A program made the translations under genes and the position numbers. Positions 1 to 10,045 of a stretch of DNA of 64,000 bases are shown here, piece by piece. The stretch lies in contig CAWHDZ010000040.1 of NCBI GenBank assembly GCA_963828255.1, positions 64,001-128,000 of the forward strand, read 5' to 3'. The stretch comes from an uncultured delta proteobacterium (GTDB lineage Bacteria; Myxococcota; Myxococcia; Myxococcales; Anaeromyxobacteraceae). The notes beneath the pieces were generated by a model. It searched no databases. It had not been told where the DNA came from and saw only the letters and a program-made list of their open reading frames with translations. Position 1 is the first letter of the stretch, and every line of letters starts with the position of its first letter.

Positions 1-394
1 GGACCAGGTACGGGCCGTACGCGCACCGACCCACGTCGTACAGGGTGACGATGTTGGGGTGGGAGAGCCGCGCCGCCGCCTCGGCCTCGCGGAGGAGACG
101 CTCCTCCCGCGCCGACGGCTTCACCGAGCCCTGCAGGAGCTTGAAGGCCACCGACCGGCCCAGCTCCTGGTCGAGCGCCTCGTAGACGACGCCGAAGCCG
201 CCGCGACCCAGCTCCCGGACGATCTCGAACCGACCGATCAGCGTTCCGGTTCCGGGCGCGGGGCGCCAGGCCCCCGCGTCGGACGAGCCCGGGCCGTCGG
301 GGCTGACCAGGTCCTCGAGGAGGGACGAGATTCCGCCGGCCCGGACGCTGGACCCCGAGCCATCGCCTGCCTTCCCGTCGTCCGTCGACGCCAT
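1..394 (-). CDS. Ser/Thr protein kinase (N-terminal part; runs off left edge)
   Basis: Own translation of minus strand from ATG 394: MASTDDGK...GRFEIVRELGRGGFGVVYEALDQELGRSVAFKLL...REAEAAARLSHPNIVTLYDVG; Hanks kinase subdomains I-IV. Confidence 0.93.
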   Translation of the reverse strand, partial: MASTDDGKAGDGSGSSVRAGGISSLLEDLVSPDGPGSSDAGAWRPAPGTGTLIGRFEIVRELGRGGFGVVYEALDQELGRSVAFKLLQGSVKPSAREERLLREAEAAARLSHPNIVTLYDVGRCAYGPYLV

Positions 395-479
395 CCGAAA
401 GGGCCCCCCGAAGGTCCGGCAGAGTAGCAGCGCGGCCCCACCCGGGCCAACCCGACCGGGTATTTCCTCATCCTGGAGA

Positions 480-493
480 TTGATTGGCATCAA
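480..493. promoter_or_regulatory. FNR/CRP-family binding site
   Basis: Perfect TTGAT-TGGC-ATCAA in the divergent intergenic region upstream of the hemerythrin-like gene. Confidence 0.75.
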
Positions 494-563
494 TTCTTGC
501 CTCCCGGTTGTCCGAAGTGAACCGCATCCGCTGTCTTCATGGGGCGGAGGGGTCTGGATCGCC

Positions 564-1157
564 ATGGAGCACTTGAAGGACGAGTCCACGACGGGGCAGG
601 GCGCCGAGGCTCCGGACGGTCTCCGGGAGAGGGAGGACCGCGACTACCTCCAGGCTTGTCGGCGTGTCCTCGCCGCTGGGGTCCTCGCCCGCGACAGGGC
701 CGAGGTGCTCGCCATCGAGCCGGGGAGGTGGCCGCGGGGCGCGGTCCACCTGAGGGACCGGATCGCCTCTCCCGGCCCCGGCAACTCCCCGGACGCCGAG
801 CTCGAGATGCTCGACCACGGTCTGGAACTCCAGGCCGGCCTTTCCGAGGCGGTCGAGCAGCTCATCGGGCAGGACGACCGGCTCGCCGAGGCGCTCCTGC
901 GCCTCCAGCTCGACTGCGCCCGGGTCCGCTACGTCTTCGAGGAGACGGCGATGCGCCTCCGCGAGGATCCGCTTCGCTTCGCCCACTCGGAGAGCCACGG
1001 CCGGTTGCTGATGCGCCTCTCGGATGCCAGGGTCGGGCTCCGCGCCGGGAGGCCGGACGAGGTCCGCGCCCTCGTCGCCGCCTTCCGCGCCGACCTCGAG
1101 GAGCACGCGCGAACCATGGACGCGAGGGCCGGGCGAGTCGACGGGGAGAGGTCCTAG
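564..1157 (+). CDS. Hemerythrin-like protein (degenerate ligand set)
   Basis: ATG 564 after GGAGGGG; C-terminal pattern LDCARVRYVFEETAMRL..P...HSESH...LEEHARTMD matches the hemerythrin HxxxE/HxxxH/HxxxxD spacing. Confidence 0.65.
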   Translation: MEHLKDESTTGQGAEAPDGLREREDRDYLQACRRVLAAGVLARDRAEVLAIEPGRWPRGAVHLRDRIASPGPGNSPDAELEMLDHGLELQAGLSEAVEQLIGQDDRLAEALLRLQLDCARVRYVFEETAMRLREDPLRFAHSESHGRLLMRLSDARVGLRAGRPDEVRALVAAFRADLEEHARTMDARAGRVDGERS

Positions 1158-1222
1158 CGGCCCGGGGAGCCGCCGGATCGATTGTCGCCCGGCCCACGCC
1201 CCTGCTAGGATCCCGGGACCGA

Positions 1223-1579
1223 ATGCCCGATGGCTCCGACAACAAGCGGCGGGCGAGCCGCCTCCAGCACGAGTTGCCGGTGGCGTACCGCAGCGTGGGG
1301 AGCTTCCTCACCGACTGGGCCACGGACATCAGCCAGGGTGGCATGTTCATCAACACCAGGACCCCGCTTCCGGTGGGGACCGACGTGAAGATCCTCATCC
1401 AGCTCCCCACGATCGAGTCGCCCATCGGCCTCTCCGGAAAGGTCACGCGCGTCATCGGGGTCGACGCCAGGGCCCGCTCGACGCCGGGGATGGGCATCCA
1501 GTTCACCGACATCGACCCCTCCAGGCGCGAGCAGCTCGAGACCCTGGTGAAGCGCCTGCAGCGCGACCTCGGTTCCTGA
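1223..1579 (+). CDS. PilZ domain protein (myxobacterial TIGR02266-like)
   Basis: KRRASR (RxxxR) and DISQGG (D/NxSxxG) motifs; GMGIQF. Confidence 0.88.
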   Translation: MPDGSDNKRRASRLQHELPVAYRSVGSFLTDWATDISQGGMFINTRTPLPVGTDVKILIQLPTIESPIGLSGKVTRVIGVDARARSTPGMGIQFTDIDPSRREQLETLVKRLQRDLGS

Positions 1580-1585
1580 GAGCCC

Positions 1586-2899
1586 GTGCCCGATCGGATC
1601 GAGATCGACGACCTGGCCCCGGGAGGCGAGGGGGTGGCGCGCATCGGCGGCCGCCCCGTGTTCGTCCCGTTCGCAGCGCCCGGCGACCTCATCGAGGTGG
1701 AGATCTCGCCCGGCGAGGACGCCGCCCACCCGGGCCCCGGCAGGCTGCTGCGGGCCGGGCCGGACCGGGTCGATCCGCCCTGTCCCCACTTCGGGCCGGG
1801 GCCGGACCCGGACCGGCTCTGCGGCGGCTGCGAGTGGCTTCACCTCCGGTACGACCGGCAGCTGCGCGAGAAGGAGCGGGGGCTCACGGAGGCGCTCCGG
1901 CGCATCGGCCGGCTCGAGCCGGGCTCCTACCCGCTGCTCCCCATCCTCCCGTCGCCGGAGCCGCTGCGTTACCGGTCGCGTGCCAAGTTCCACGTCGATC
2001 GCGACGGGGAGCGGCTGGTCTTCTTCCGGCGGCGCTCGCACCAGCCGGTGCAGCTCCGCACCTGCCACCTCCTCGAGCCGGGTCTCGACCGGCTGCGGGA
2101 GGAGTTCGGCCCCGCCCTGGCGCGGGCCCGGCTGCGCCCGGGCGAGGTGGCGCTGGAGTGGTCGGTCCACGCCGGCCGGGGCTCGGCCCTGCTGCGCGGG
2201 ATCGACGTGGGGGAGGGGACCCGGCGCCGCTGCCAGGAGCTCCTCGACGCGACCCCGTCGATCTCCGGCGTGGTCCTCGAAGGGGACGGCGACGGACGGC
2301 GGGGACGGCCCGTGGCGGTGGTCGGGGATCCCGTGCTCCTCCACGAGCGGGCGCCGGGCGATCCGGCGGCGGGGCTGGCGCGAAGCCGCCCCGACATCTT
2401 CCAGCAGGCGAACCGGGGGGCGAACGCCCGGCTGGTGGCGGCGGCGCTCGCCATGCTCCGCCCCGAGGGGGAGGACGTCCTCGAGCTCTTCTGCGGGTCG
2501 GGCAACTTCACCGCTCCCCTGGCGCAGCGGGCTGCGTCGGTCGCCGCGGTGGAGGGGCAGGGGCCGGCGCTGGAACTCGCCCGCGCCGGGCTGTCGGGTG
2601 GCAACGTCCGGTTCTTCGCCGGGGACGCGCTCGCCATCGCCGGCGCGCTCGGCCGGGAAGGGCGGAGGTTCGGCGCGCTGCTCCTCGACCCGCCGCGCGA
2701 CGGGATGAAGGGGCTCGGTCCCCTCCTGCGGGACCTCCGGGCGCCGAGGGCGGTCTACGTCTCCTGCGACGCGGCCACCCTGGCGCGCGACGTCCGCGGC
2801 GCGGTCGCCGCGGGGTACCGGGTCGCCGCGGTGCAGCCGGTGGACATGTTCCCGCAGACCCACCACGTCGAGGCCGTGGTGCTCCTCGAGCAGGCATGA
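1586..2899 (+). CDS. rlmD: 23S rRNA (uracil-5)-methyltransferase RlmD/RumA family
   Basis: TRAM-like N-terminus, CPHF...CGGC Fe-S motif, FQQAN, LELFCGSG, LLDPPRDG, YVSCD, DMFPQTHHVE. Confidence 0.9.
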   Translation: MPDRIEIDDLAPGGEGVARIGGRPVFVPFAAPGDLIEVEISPGEDAAHPGPGRLLRAGPDRVDPPCPHFGPGPDPDRLCGGCEWLHLRYDRQLREKERGLTEALRRIGRLEPGSYPLLPILPSPEPLRYRSRAKFHVDRDGERLVFFRRRSHQPVQLRTCHLLEPGLDRLREEFGPALARARLRPGEVALEWSVHAGRGSALLRGIDVGEGTRRRCQELLDATPSISGVVLEGDGDGRRGRPVAVVGDPVLLHERAPGDPAAGLARSRPDIFQQANRGANARLVAAALAMLRPEGEDVLELFCGSGNFTAPLAQRAASVAAVEGQGPALELARAGLSGGNVRFFAGDALAIAGALGREGRRFGALLLDPPRDGMKGLGPLLRDLRAPRAVYVSCDAATLARDVRGAVAAGYRVAAVQPVDMFPQTHHVEAVVLLEQA

Positions 2900-4015
2900 C
2901 CGCGCGGGGTCCGAGGGAGGGCCCTCGGGGCCGGGGACCCGTCGCCACCTGGGCGGCGATGCTCCTCGCCGTGGCGCCGCTCCCGGGCATGCAGGACGTC
3001 CCGATCCGGTTCATCGCCGAGAACGCCGGGGCCACTTCGCCGACGCGGCTGACGCCCGAGGGGCTGGCCTTCGAGGTGACCCAGTGGGTCGGGCTCTTCC
3101 TCCCCCTCCCGGGCGCGGAGCTCCTGGAGATCGACTACCGCGTCCGCGGGATCGTCCTGCTCACCTGGGGATCCTCGGACGGGAAGTCCATGCCGGCTCC
3201 ACATTTCCCCCCCTGGCACCACGAGGTGCTGAAGCAGGGGGTGGGGCGGGCGACCATCGATCTCCGGACCACCGCCGGCTGGAGTCCGGACCGGTTCCCG
3301 TTCCTCTTCTTCGAGGGGTCGGGCGACGTGGTGCTGACCGGGATCCGGACCCTCCCGCCGAAGGGGGGTCGGGAAGATGCCGTCCGGAGGCGCGACGAGG
3401 CCATCCGCTTCGCGCCCCATCCGCATCGGCCACAACACCATCAACTTCCTCGACCCGCCGGTGTGGAGGCTGTCGACGCGCACCTCCCTCTTCGAGCTGC
3501 TGGGGGTCGCCTTCACGGTGCTCGCCGTGGGTGGATCCCTGGCATGGCTCGCCATCCGGCGGCGCTGGACTCCCGTGCCCTTCCTGGCCGTGGCCGGGGT
3601 GGCGGTCGCGCTCCTGGGCGACGGGATCTTCCTGGTGCGCATCTGGCCTTCGCTGGCGCTCCGTCCCCGGACCGACGCCGGCGAGCGTCTCCGCGAGAAC
3701 CTGCACTTTTCCCCGGCGCTGGGGGCGCTGACTGCTCTCGCCCTCGAGTCGGTCGGGCCGGGCGAGCGGGTGGGTGTCCAGGCGGGACCGAACGACTGGT
3801 TCGGCTGGGAGACCCTCTGCTTCCACCTGGCGCCGCGGCCGTGCGTGCGGGTGCTCCCGGCGGCCATGGTCCACGAGGGACTGCCGGGGACCGGGCGTCT
3901 CGCGGCCGACCAGCTCGACGTCGTGGTCTACCTGCACCCCGGGACGCCGCTCCTGCCCGGCTTCTCCCCAGTGGCCTCCATCGGCCCCGAGGCCTTCGTG
4001 GCGCGCCGCCGATGA
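2896..4015 (+). pseudogene. Membrane-anchored hypothetical protein split by a frameshift (possibly an assembly error)
   Basis: Frame of MTARG...EAIRFAP switches to IRIGHNTINFLDPP... at the C run near 3415-3418; removing one C gives a single ORF with ATGA overlaps at both ends. Confidence 0.6.
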
Positions 4016-5448
4016 GCTTCCTCCTCGCCGCCGCGGCCATCTGCGCCTCCGGGTACGCGCTCCTCCGTGCCATCGGGCTCGCCACCGGCCGCCCGTCGGT
4101 GGATCTCCCGCTCTCCTGGTTGGCAGGTGGCGCCTGGGTCGGCCTGGCCTCGTTCACCGCGCGTGGATTGCTGGGGATCCCGTCCGGCCCGGCGACGGCG
4201 ATCGTGGTTCTGGCCCTCCCGGTGGCCGGCTGGGCCGTCGCCCGCCAGGGGGGGCGCTGGCCCGGCGCATGGGGCGACGGTGGGGACCGGGGCGGGGCCC
4301 GGTGGCTGCCGCGCCCGGCCTGGCTCTTCGCCCCCATGGCCGCCTGGACGGCCGCGGTCGCGATGGCCGTCCTCCTCCACGGCCTCGCCACGCCGGTGCA
4401 CACCGACGACTCCTACCGGGTCCGCGCCCTGGCGCCCATCCTCGCCGCCACCGGCGCCTGGAACGACGCGGCCCGGGACGCCATCGCCGTCGCCGGCCCG
4501 GTGCCGACCTACGTTCCGTCGCTGGCCTGGGTGCTCGGGGCCGGGATCGACCCGGTCCACGTGAGCGCGTCGGTCGTCCTCACCTTCCTGGCGCTCCTCT
4601 CGCTCCTCGTGGCGCTGGGGTCGGAGCGGGGCGCCCCGGAGGCGGGCTGGGGCGCCGCCTTCGCGATCACATCCATGCCCTTCTTCGACTACCACGCCGC
4701 GTCGACCTACGCCGACGCCTGGCTGGGCATGTTCCTGGCCGCCGCGTTCGCCTTCCTGGTCGCCTTCGGGAAGAAGGGTGCGCCCGCCGACGCGGGGCGG
4801 ACCATGTTGCTCGTCGTCGGGGCGGCCCTGGTGAAGCGGGAGGGGGAACTGCTGGTGCTCCCGGTGGCGGCGGTCCTCCTCGCGCAGGTGGCCTGGAGGG
4901 AGCGCACGGCCCGGGGGACGCTGGGCCGGATCGGCGCGATCCTCGGCGCCTACCTCCTCCCGGTGGCGGCGCGGGTGGCGGCGGTGGGAGCGGCAAGCGC
5001 CTTTCCCTTCCTGCGCGCCGCGGCCGAGCGGTCGGTCGCGGCGGCGCCTGCGGTCTCCGCCACGGCGCCCGGGGCCGTCGCGCCCGGGGGCCCCGGAGCG
5101 GGCGCGATCCTCCTGCGGGCCATGTTCACCGATGGTGATCTGGGGATCCTCTGGTGGGTCTTCCTGGCATCCCTGGTGCTGCTCGCCCCGCGCCTGCGCC
5201 GGGAGGGGCTGGTCTGGGCGCTCCTGGCCCTGGGCCTCGTGCTGGCCGAGACCGTGGCCAGCGCGCTGTGGCTCTACCCCGAGTTCACCCTGAACGGCGG
5301 GACCGTCCACCGGTCGCTGCTCCCCGTATCGGCTGCGGCGGCGGTCTGGCTGGCCTGGCTGCTCGGGTCCCCGATCACTCCACCCGTCCGTCCCGAAGCC
5401 GCAACTGGAAGGCGATCGAGGAAGGCACCTCGTCGTCGTGGTGGGTGA
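4012..5448 (+). CDS. Polytopic membrane protein, possible GT-C fold glycosyltransferase
   Basis: Many TM segments; acidic HTDDSY loop, STYADAW and KREG motifs resemble ArnT/PMT-like proteins. Confidence 0.5.
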   Translation: MSFLLAAAAICASGYALLRAIGLATGRPSVDLPLSWLAGGAWVGLASFTARGLLGIPSGPATAIVVLALPVAGWAVARQGGRWPGAWGDGGDRGGARWLPRPAWLFAPMAAWTAAVAMAVLLHGLATPVHTDDSYRVRALAPILAATGAWNDAARDAIAVAGPVPTYVPSLAWVLGAGIDPVHVSASVVLTFLALLSLLVALGSERGAPEAGWGAAFAITSMPFFDYHAASTYADAWLGMFLAAAFAFLVAFGKKGAPADAGRTMLLVVGAALVKREGELLVLPVAAVLLAQVAWRERTARGTLGRIGAILGAYLLPVAARVAAVGAASAFPFLRAAAERSVAAAPAVSATAPGAVAPGGPGAGAILLRAMFTDGDLGILWWVFLASLVLLAPRLRREGLVWALLALGLVLAETVASALWLYPEFTLNGGTVHRSLLPVSAAAAVWLAWLLGSPITPPVRPEAATGRRSRKAPRRRGG

Positions 5449-6829
5449 CCAGGACCACCGGACGGCCGGAGCGGCAGAGCGCGTCCACGAGCGCCATGGT
5501 CTCGGCGCGGGCGCGCGGCTCCAGCCCGGAGAAGGGCTCGTCGAGGAGCAGGACGTCCGGGTCGACCGCCAGCGCGCGGGCGAGCAGGAGGCGGCGCATC
5601 TCCCCGTAGGAGACGGACCGGATGCTCCGCTCCGCCAGGTGGGCGGCACCGACCGCCTCCATCCAGGCCAGGGCGGACCTCCTCTGCGCCCCGGTCGGCG
5701 GCCCGGAGAGGCCGATGCTCCCCTCGAAGCCGGACAGCGCCACCTCGAGGCCGGTGGCGTCGCCGCGGTGGCGCGCCTGCAGGTCGGGTGAGACGATCCC
5801 GACGCGGGCCCGGACCTCACGGACGTCCGCGCGCGGCCCCAGGTCGAGCCGCTGGATCCGGCCGCCGGGGGCCAGGTGCTCCTCGCCCAGCAGCAGCCGA
5901 AGGAAGGTGGACTTGCCGGCGCCGTTTGGCCCGCGGACGGCCCAGCTCTCGCCGCGGCGCATGCGCCAGTCGAGGTCGCGGAGCACCCGGCGGCCGTCCA
6001 CCAGGACGTCGCCCCTGACCTCGAAGAGCGGATCGGGAGGGATGCGGAGCCGGACGGAGGGGAGGGGGGGCGCGGGGGCCCGGGCCAGGCGGCTCCGCCA
6101 CTCCGCCGCGACCTCCTCCAGGCCGCCGGAGAGGACGATGCACCCGTCCTCCAGGACTGCGGCGTGGCGCGCCTCGGGGATCACCTCCTCGATCCGGTGG
6201 GTGGCGAGGACGGTGGGCGCGCCGCCCCGGGCCAGCCCGGAGACCACGTCGAGAACCATCGACCGGGAGGCGGCGTCGAGGCCGTTCACGAACTCGTCGA
6301 GCAGGAGCGCGCGGGGCCGGGGCGCGAGCGCGCGCGCGAGCAGCGCCCGCCGCGCCTCCCCGGTCGAGACCTCGACCATGGTCCGGCGCCGCACCGCCGA
6401 GAGCCCGAGCAGGCCGATGGCGCCGTCCACCGCGGCCTCCCGGGCCGGGTCGAGCCGGCCGCCCGGCCATACACCGTCGGTGAACCCGCTGCGCACCACG
6501 TCCTCCAGCGGGACGGCCCACCCGCGGCGCAGGTAGGCGTCCTGGGCCTCGGCGGAGACCAGGGCGATGCGCTCCCGCGCCCCGATGGGGCTCTCGCTCG
6601 CGCTCCCGCCGAGATGGAAGGTCCTCCGCCCGCGGCTCCCGGGGTGGGGCCAGGCCTCGCCGCGCAGGAGCCGCAGCAGCGTGGTCTTGCCCGCCCCGTT
6701 GCCTCCGAGGAGCGCCCAGCTCTCCCCTTCGCGCAGCGTGAAGGAGATGCGCCGGAGCAGCGCCCGCCCCCAGAGCCGGACGTCCACGTCGTCGAGTGTG
6801 ACCAGGGGATCGCCCAACGCGATCTTCAT
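5375..6829 (-). CDS. Double-domain ABC ATPase, ModF-like
   Basis: Two Walker A motifs (GGNGAGKT, GPNGAGKS), signatures VSTGE/VSYGE, LLLDE, VTHH. Confidence 0.85.
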   Translation of the reverse strand: MKIALGDPLVTLDDVDVRLWGRALLRRISFTLREGESWALLGGNGAGKTTLLRLLRGEAWPHPGSRGRRTFHLGGSASESPIGARERIALVSAEAQDAYLRRGWAVPLEDVVRSGFTDGVWPGGRLDPAREAAVDGAIGLLGLSAVRRRTMVEVSTGEARRALLARALAPRPRALLLDEFVNGLDAASRSMVLDVVSGLARGGAPTVLATHRIEEVIPEARHAAVLEDGCIVLSGGLEEVAAEWRSRLARAPAPPLPSVRLRIPPDPLFEVRGDVLVDGRRVLRDLDWRMRRGESWAVRGPNGAGKSTFLRLLLGEEHLAPGGRIQRLDLGPRADVREVRARVGIVSPDLQARHRGDATGLEVALSGFEGSIGLSGPPTGAQRRSALAWMEAVGAAHLAERSIRSVSYGEMRRLLLARALAVDPDVLLLDEPFSGLEPRARAETMALVDALCRSGRPVVLVTHHDDEVPSSIAFQLRLRDGRVE

Positions 6830-6880
6830 GCCCGAGTCCGGCCGGAGGCGCAACGAGGCTCCGCGCGCTACACTGTCTCC

Positions 6881-8299
6881 GTGGAGGCGCGCATCGTCGA
6901 GTTCGCCCGGCTGCTGCGGCAGAACGGGGTCAGGGTCTCCCCGGCCGAGGCCGCCGACGCCGTCCGCGCCGCGGCGCTGGCGGGCCTTGCCGACCGGGCC
7001 ACCTTCCGCGCCGCCCTGCGCGCCACCCTGGTGAAGCGGGGCGCCGACGCCCCGGCCTTCGACCGGCTCTTCGCGCTCTACTTCTCCGGACTCTCCCGGG
7101 TCGTCGAGGCGCTCGAGCGGTCGGTCCTGCGCGATCTGGAGGAGAGCGGCGTCCTCGAGGGGGACGAGCTGACCATGGCGGCGCTCACCCTGGCGCGCCT
7201 CTCTCCCCGCCTCTCCCCGCTGGCCCGGGCGGCCCTGACCGGGGACGCGGCGCTGCTGGCGCGGCTCCTGCGCGGCGCGGCGCTCACCATCGACTTCTCG
7301 GGGCTGGAGGCGGCCACCCAGCTCGGGTTCTACGGGCGGAGGCTGCTCGCCGGTGCCGGGGGCGCGGGGCTGGGGGCGGAGCTCGAGGGCTTCCCCCGGG
7401 CGCTCGCCGAGGCGGGGCTCGCCGCGGCCCGGGTCGAGCTGGTGGCCGAGCGGGTCCGGAAGGCGCTGGCCACAGTGGAGGACGCGGCGCGCCGCTACGC
7501 GGATCTGGAGCGGGAGGCGCGGGCCGAGCGACGCCGGGAGGGGGCGCTGGCCCGGCGCGGGATCGCCACGCTCACCCGGGACGAGATCGCCCGGACCGAG
7601 GCCGCCGTGCGGCGCCTGGCCGAGCGGCTGCGCGACCGGCTGGCCCGGCGCGAGCGCTCCCGGCGCCGGGGCGCCCTGAACGTCCGGCGCACGCTGCGGC
7701 GCAACCTGGCCTGGGGCGGCGTGCCCGCGCGGCTCTCCTTCCGCTCGCGCCGCCGCGCCCGGCCCGACGTGGTGGTCCTCTGCGACGTGTCCGACTCGGT
7801 CCGCCACGTGTCGCGCCTCATGCTGCTCTTCGTGCACACGCTCCAGTCGCTCTTCTCCCGCGTGCGCAGCTTCGTCTTCGTCTCCGACCTGGGCGAGGTC
7901 ACCGACGCCTTCCGCGCCGAGCGGGACGTGGCCCGGGCCGCCGACCTGGCCACCGCGGGGAAGGCGGTCAGCCTGGCGGGGAACTCCAACTACGGGAGGG
8001 CCCTCGTCGCCTTTCACCGCCGGTACATGGGGGCGGTGACCTCCCGCACCACCGTGATCGTCATCGGCGACGGGCGCAGCAACTACCTGGCCCCCGAGTC
8101 CTGGGTCCTCACCGAGATCCGGAGGCGGGCCCGTCGCCTGCTGTGGATCTGCCCGGAGGAGCGCTGGGCCTGGGGGAGCGGCGACAGCGAGATGCCGCTC
8201 TACGCCTCGCGGGTGGACCGGGTGGCCGTGGCCACGCATGTCTCCGACCTCGCGGAGATCGCCGGGTCCCTGGTGCCCCGCGGCGTCGCCCGGAGTTGA
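6881..8299 (+). CDS. VWA domain CoxE-like protein
   Basis: EFARLLRQNGVRVSPAE N-terminus; LNVRRTLRRN; MIDAS-like DVSDS; IGDGRSNY. Confidence 0.88.
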   Translation: MEARIVEFARLLRQNGVRVSPAEAADAVRAAALAGLADRATFRAALRATLVKRGADAPAFDRLFALYFSGLSRVVEALERSVLRDLEESGVLEGDELTMAALTLARLSPRLSPLARAALTGDAALLARLLRGAALTIDFSGLEAATQLGFYGRRLLAGAGGAGLGAELEGFPRALAEAGLAAARVELVAERVRKALATVEDAARRYADLEREARAERRREGALARRGIATLTRDEIARTEAAVRRLAERLRDRLARRERSRRRGALNVRRTLRRNLAWGGVPARLSFRSRRRARPDVVVLCDVSDSVRHVSRLMLLFVHTLQSLFSRVRSFVFVSDLGEVTDAFRAERDVARAADLATAGKAVSLAGNSNYGRALVAFHRRYMGAVTSRTTVIVIGDGRSNYLAPESWVLTEIRRRARRLLWICPEERWAWGSGDSEMPLYASRVDRVAVATHVSDLAEIAGSLVPRGVARS

Positions 8300-8334
8300 C
8301 GGCCCGGGGCTCTGGCCCTAGGTTCCCGGGCCCG

Positions 8335-9657
8335 ATGCGCAAGGTCTTCGTCCACACCTTCGGTTGCCAGATGAACGAGTCGGACAGCGACCGGATGGTC
8401 GAGGCCCTGGCCGGCCGGGCCTGGACGCGGACCCCCCACCCGGAGGACGCCGACCTGATCCTCCTCAACACCTGCTCGGTGCGGGAGAAGGCCGAGCAGA
8501 AGCTGCTCTCCGCGCTGGGGCGCTACCGGGAGCACAAGTCGCGGCGCGGCGCGCTCATCGCCGTGGGCGGCTGCGTGGCCCAGCAGGAGAAGGAGCGGCT
8601 GCTCAAGCGGGTTCCCTACGTCGACTTCGTCTTCGGCCCCGACCACGTCGGCCGCCTGCCCGAGCTGGTGGACCGGGCCGACCGCAAGGAGCGCTTCGCC
8701 GAGACCGGCTGGATGGACTCGGAGGAGTACGTCTTTCCCCGCGCCGACGCCGAGGCGGTCCGCGGGCGGGCCAGCGCCTTCGTCACCGCCATGAAGGGCT
8801 GCGACAACGTCTGCTCCTTCTGCATCGTGCCCCGCACCCGCGGCCGGGAGGTCTCGCGCCCCTTCGCCGAGGTGCTGGCCGAGGTGGAGGCGCTCTCGGC
8901 GGTGGGCGTGCGCGAGGTGACCCTCATCGGCCAGAACGTGAACTCCTACCGGGGGGGCTGCACCTTCGCCTCGCTGCTGCGCCGGGTGGCCGCCCTGCCC
9001 GGGGTGGAGCGGGTCCGCTTCACCACCAGCCACCCGCACGACCTCTCCGACGAGCTGGTGGAGGCCTTCCGCGACGAGCCGCTGGTGATGCCCCACTTCC
9101 ACCTTCCCGTCCAGTCCGGGTCCGACGCGGTGCTCCGGCGCATGCGGCGCGACTACGTCGTGGAGGAGTACCTGGAGCGGCACCGCCGGCTCTCCGCGGC
9201 GCGCCCCGGGATCGCCATCACCACCGACTTCATCGTGGGGTTCCCCGGCGAGACCGACGCGGACTTCGAGGCGTCGATGCGCCTCCTGCGGGAGGCCCGC
9301 TTCGAGAACTCCTTCAGCTTCGTCTTCAGCCCGCGTCCGCACACCGGGGCGGCGCTGCATCTCGGGACCGCTCCGGAGTGGGCCGAGGTCCCCCGCGAGG
9401 TGGCGGTGGCGCGGCTGGAGCGGCTCCAGGCCCTGCAGCGCCAGATCGCCGTGGCCGCCCTGGCCGCCCAGGTGGGGCGCGAGGTGGAGGTCCTGGTGGA
9501 GGGGACGTCCGACGACGGCGGCCACATGGGGCGCAGCCCGGAGAACCGGATCGTCCACCTCGAGTCGCACGGCCGCGACCTCCCCCCCGGCTCGGTGGTG
9601 CGGGCGAGGGTGGTGCGGTCCGGGCACAGCTCGCTCGGGGCGGAGCTGGGCTCGTGA
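8335..9657 (+). CDS. miaB: tRNA-2-methylthio-N6-dimethylallyladenosine synthase
   Basis: TFGCQMNESDS, NTCSVREKAE, radical SAM CDNVCSFC, HLPVQSGSD, IVGFPGET, TRAM C-terminus. Confidence 0.96.
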   Translation: MRKVFVHTFGCQMNESDSDRMVEALAGRAWTRTPHPEDADLILLNTCSVREKAEQKLLSALGRYREHKSRRGALIAVGGCVAQQEKERLLKRVPYVDFVFGPDHVGRLPELVDRADRKERFAETGWMDSEEYVFPRADAEAVRGRASAFVTAMKGCDNVCSFCIVPRTRGREVSRPFAEVLAEVEALSAVGVREVTLIGQNVNSYRGGCTFASLLRRVAALPGVERVRFTTSHPHDLSDELVEAFRDEPLVMPHFHLPVQSGSDAVLRRMRRDYVVEEYLERHRRLSAARPGIAITTDFIVGFPGETDADFEASMRLLREARFENSFSFVFSPRPHTGAALHLGTAPEWAEVPREVAVARLERLQALQRQIAVAALAAQVGREVEVLVEGTSDDGGHMGRSPENRIVHLESHGRDLPPGSVVRARVVRSGHSSLGAELGS

Positions 9658-10040
9658 TGCGGACCGCCGCGGCGTTCCTGCCTGCCGCCCTCTACGCCGG
9701 CCTCATCTTCGCCCTCTCGGCGCAGGCGACCCCGTTTCCCATGCTCCCGCCCGAGCTCCTCCTGCACGACAAGCTCCTCCACGCGGCGGCCTATGCCGGG
9801 CTCGGGGCGCTGCTCGTGCCCGGTCTCCGCGCCGCCGGGTGCTCCCCCCGCGGCGCCCTCCTCGGCGCGGTGGCGCTGGCCGGCATCTACGGCGCCACCG
9901 ACGAGATCCACCAGGCGTTCGTGCCCGGACGGACGGCCGACGCGCTCGACTGGGTCGCCGACACCCTGGGCGCCGCTCTCGGCGCCTCCGCGGCCACGGC
10001 GGCAACCCTTGCCTTGCGGCGTCCCCGCGGCGCGGGCTAG
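9657..10040 (+). CDS. VanZ family membrane protein
   Basis: DKLLHAAAY and DEIHQAFVPGRTADALDWVAD motifs. Confidence 0.88.
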   Translation: MRTAAAFLPAALYAGLIFALSAQATPFPMLPPELLLHDKLLHAAAYAGLGALLVPGLRAAGCSPRGALLGAVALAGIYGATDEIHQAFVPGRTADALDWVADTLGAALGASAATAATLALRRPRGAG

Positions 10041-10045
10041 CATCG

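Noticed and set aside
1024..5448. 1474-aa ORF in the track
   Set aside because: GC-rich read-through joining shadow frames with two real genes (starts 2896 and 4012) via a frameshift
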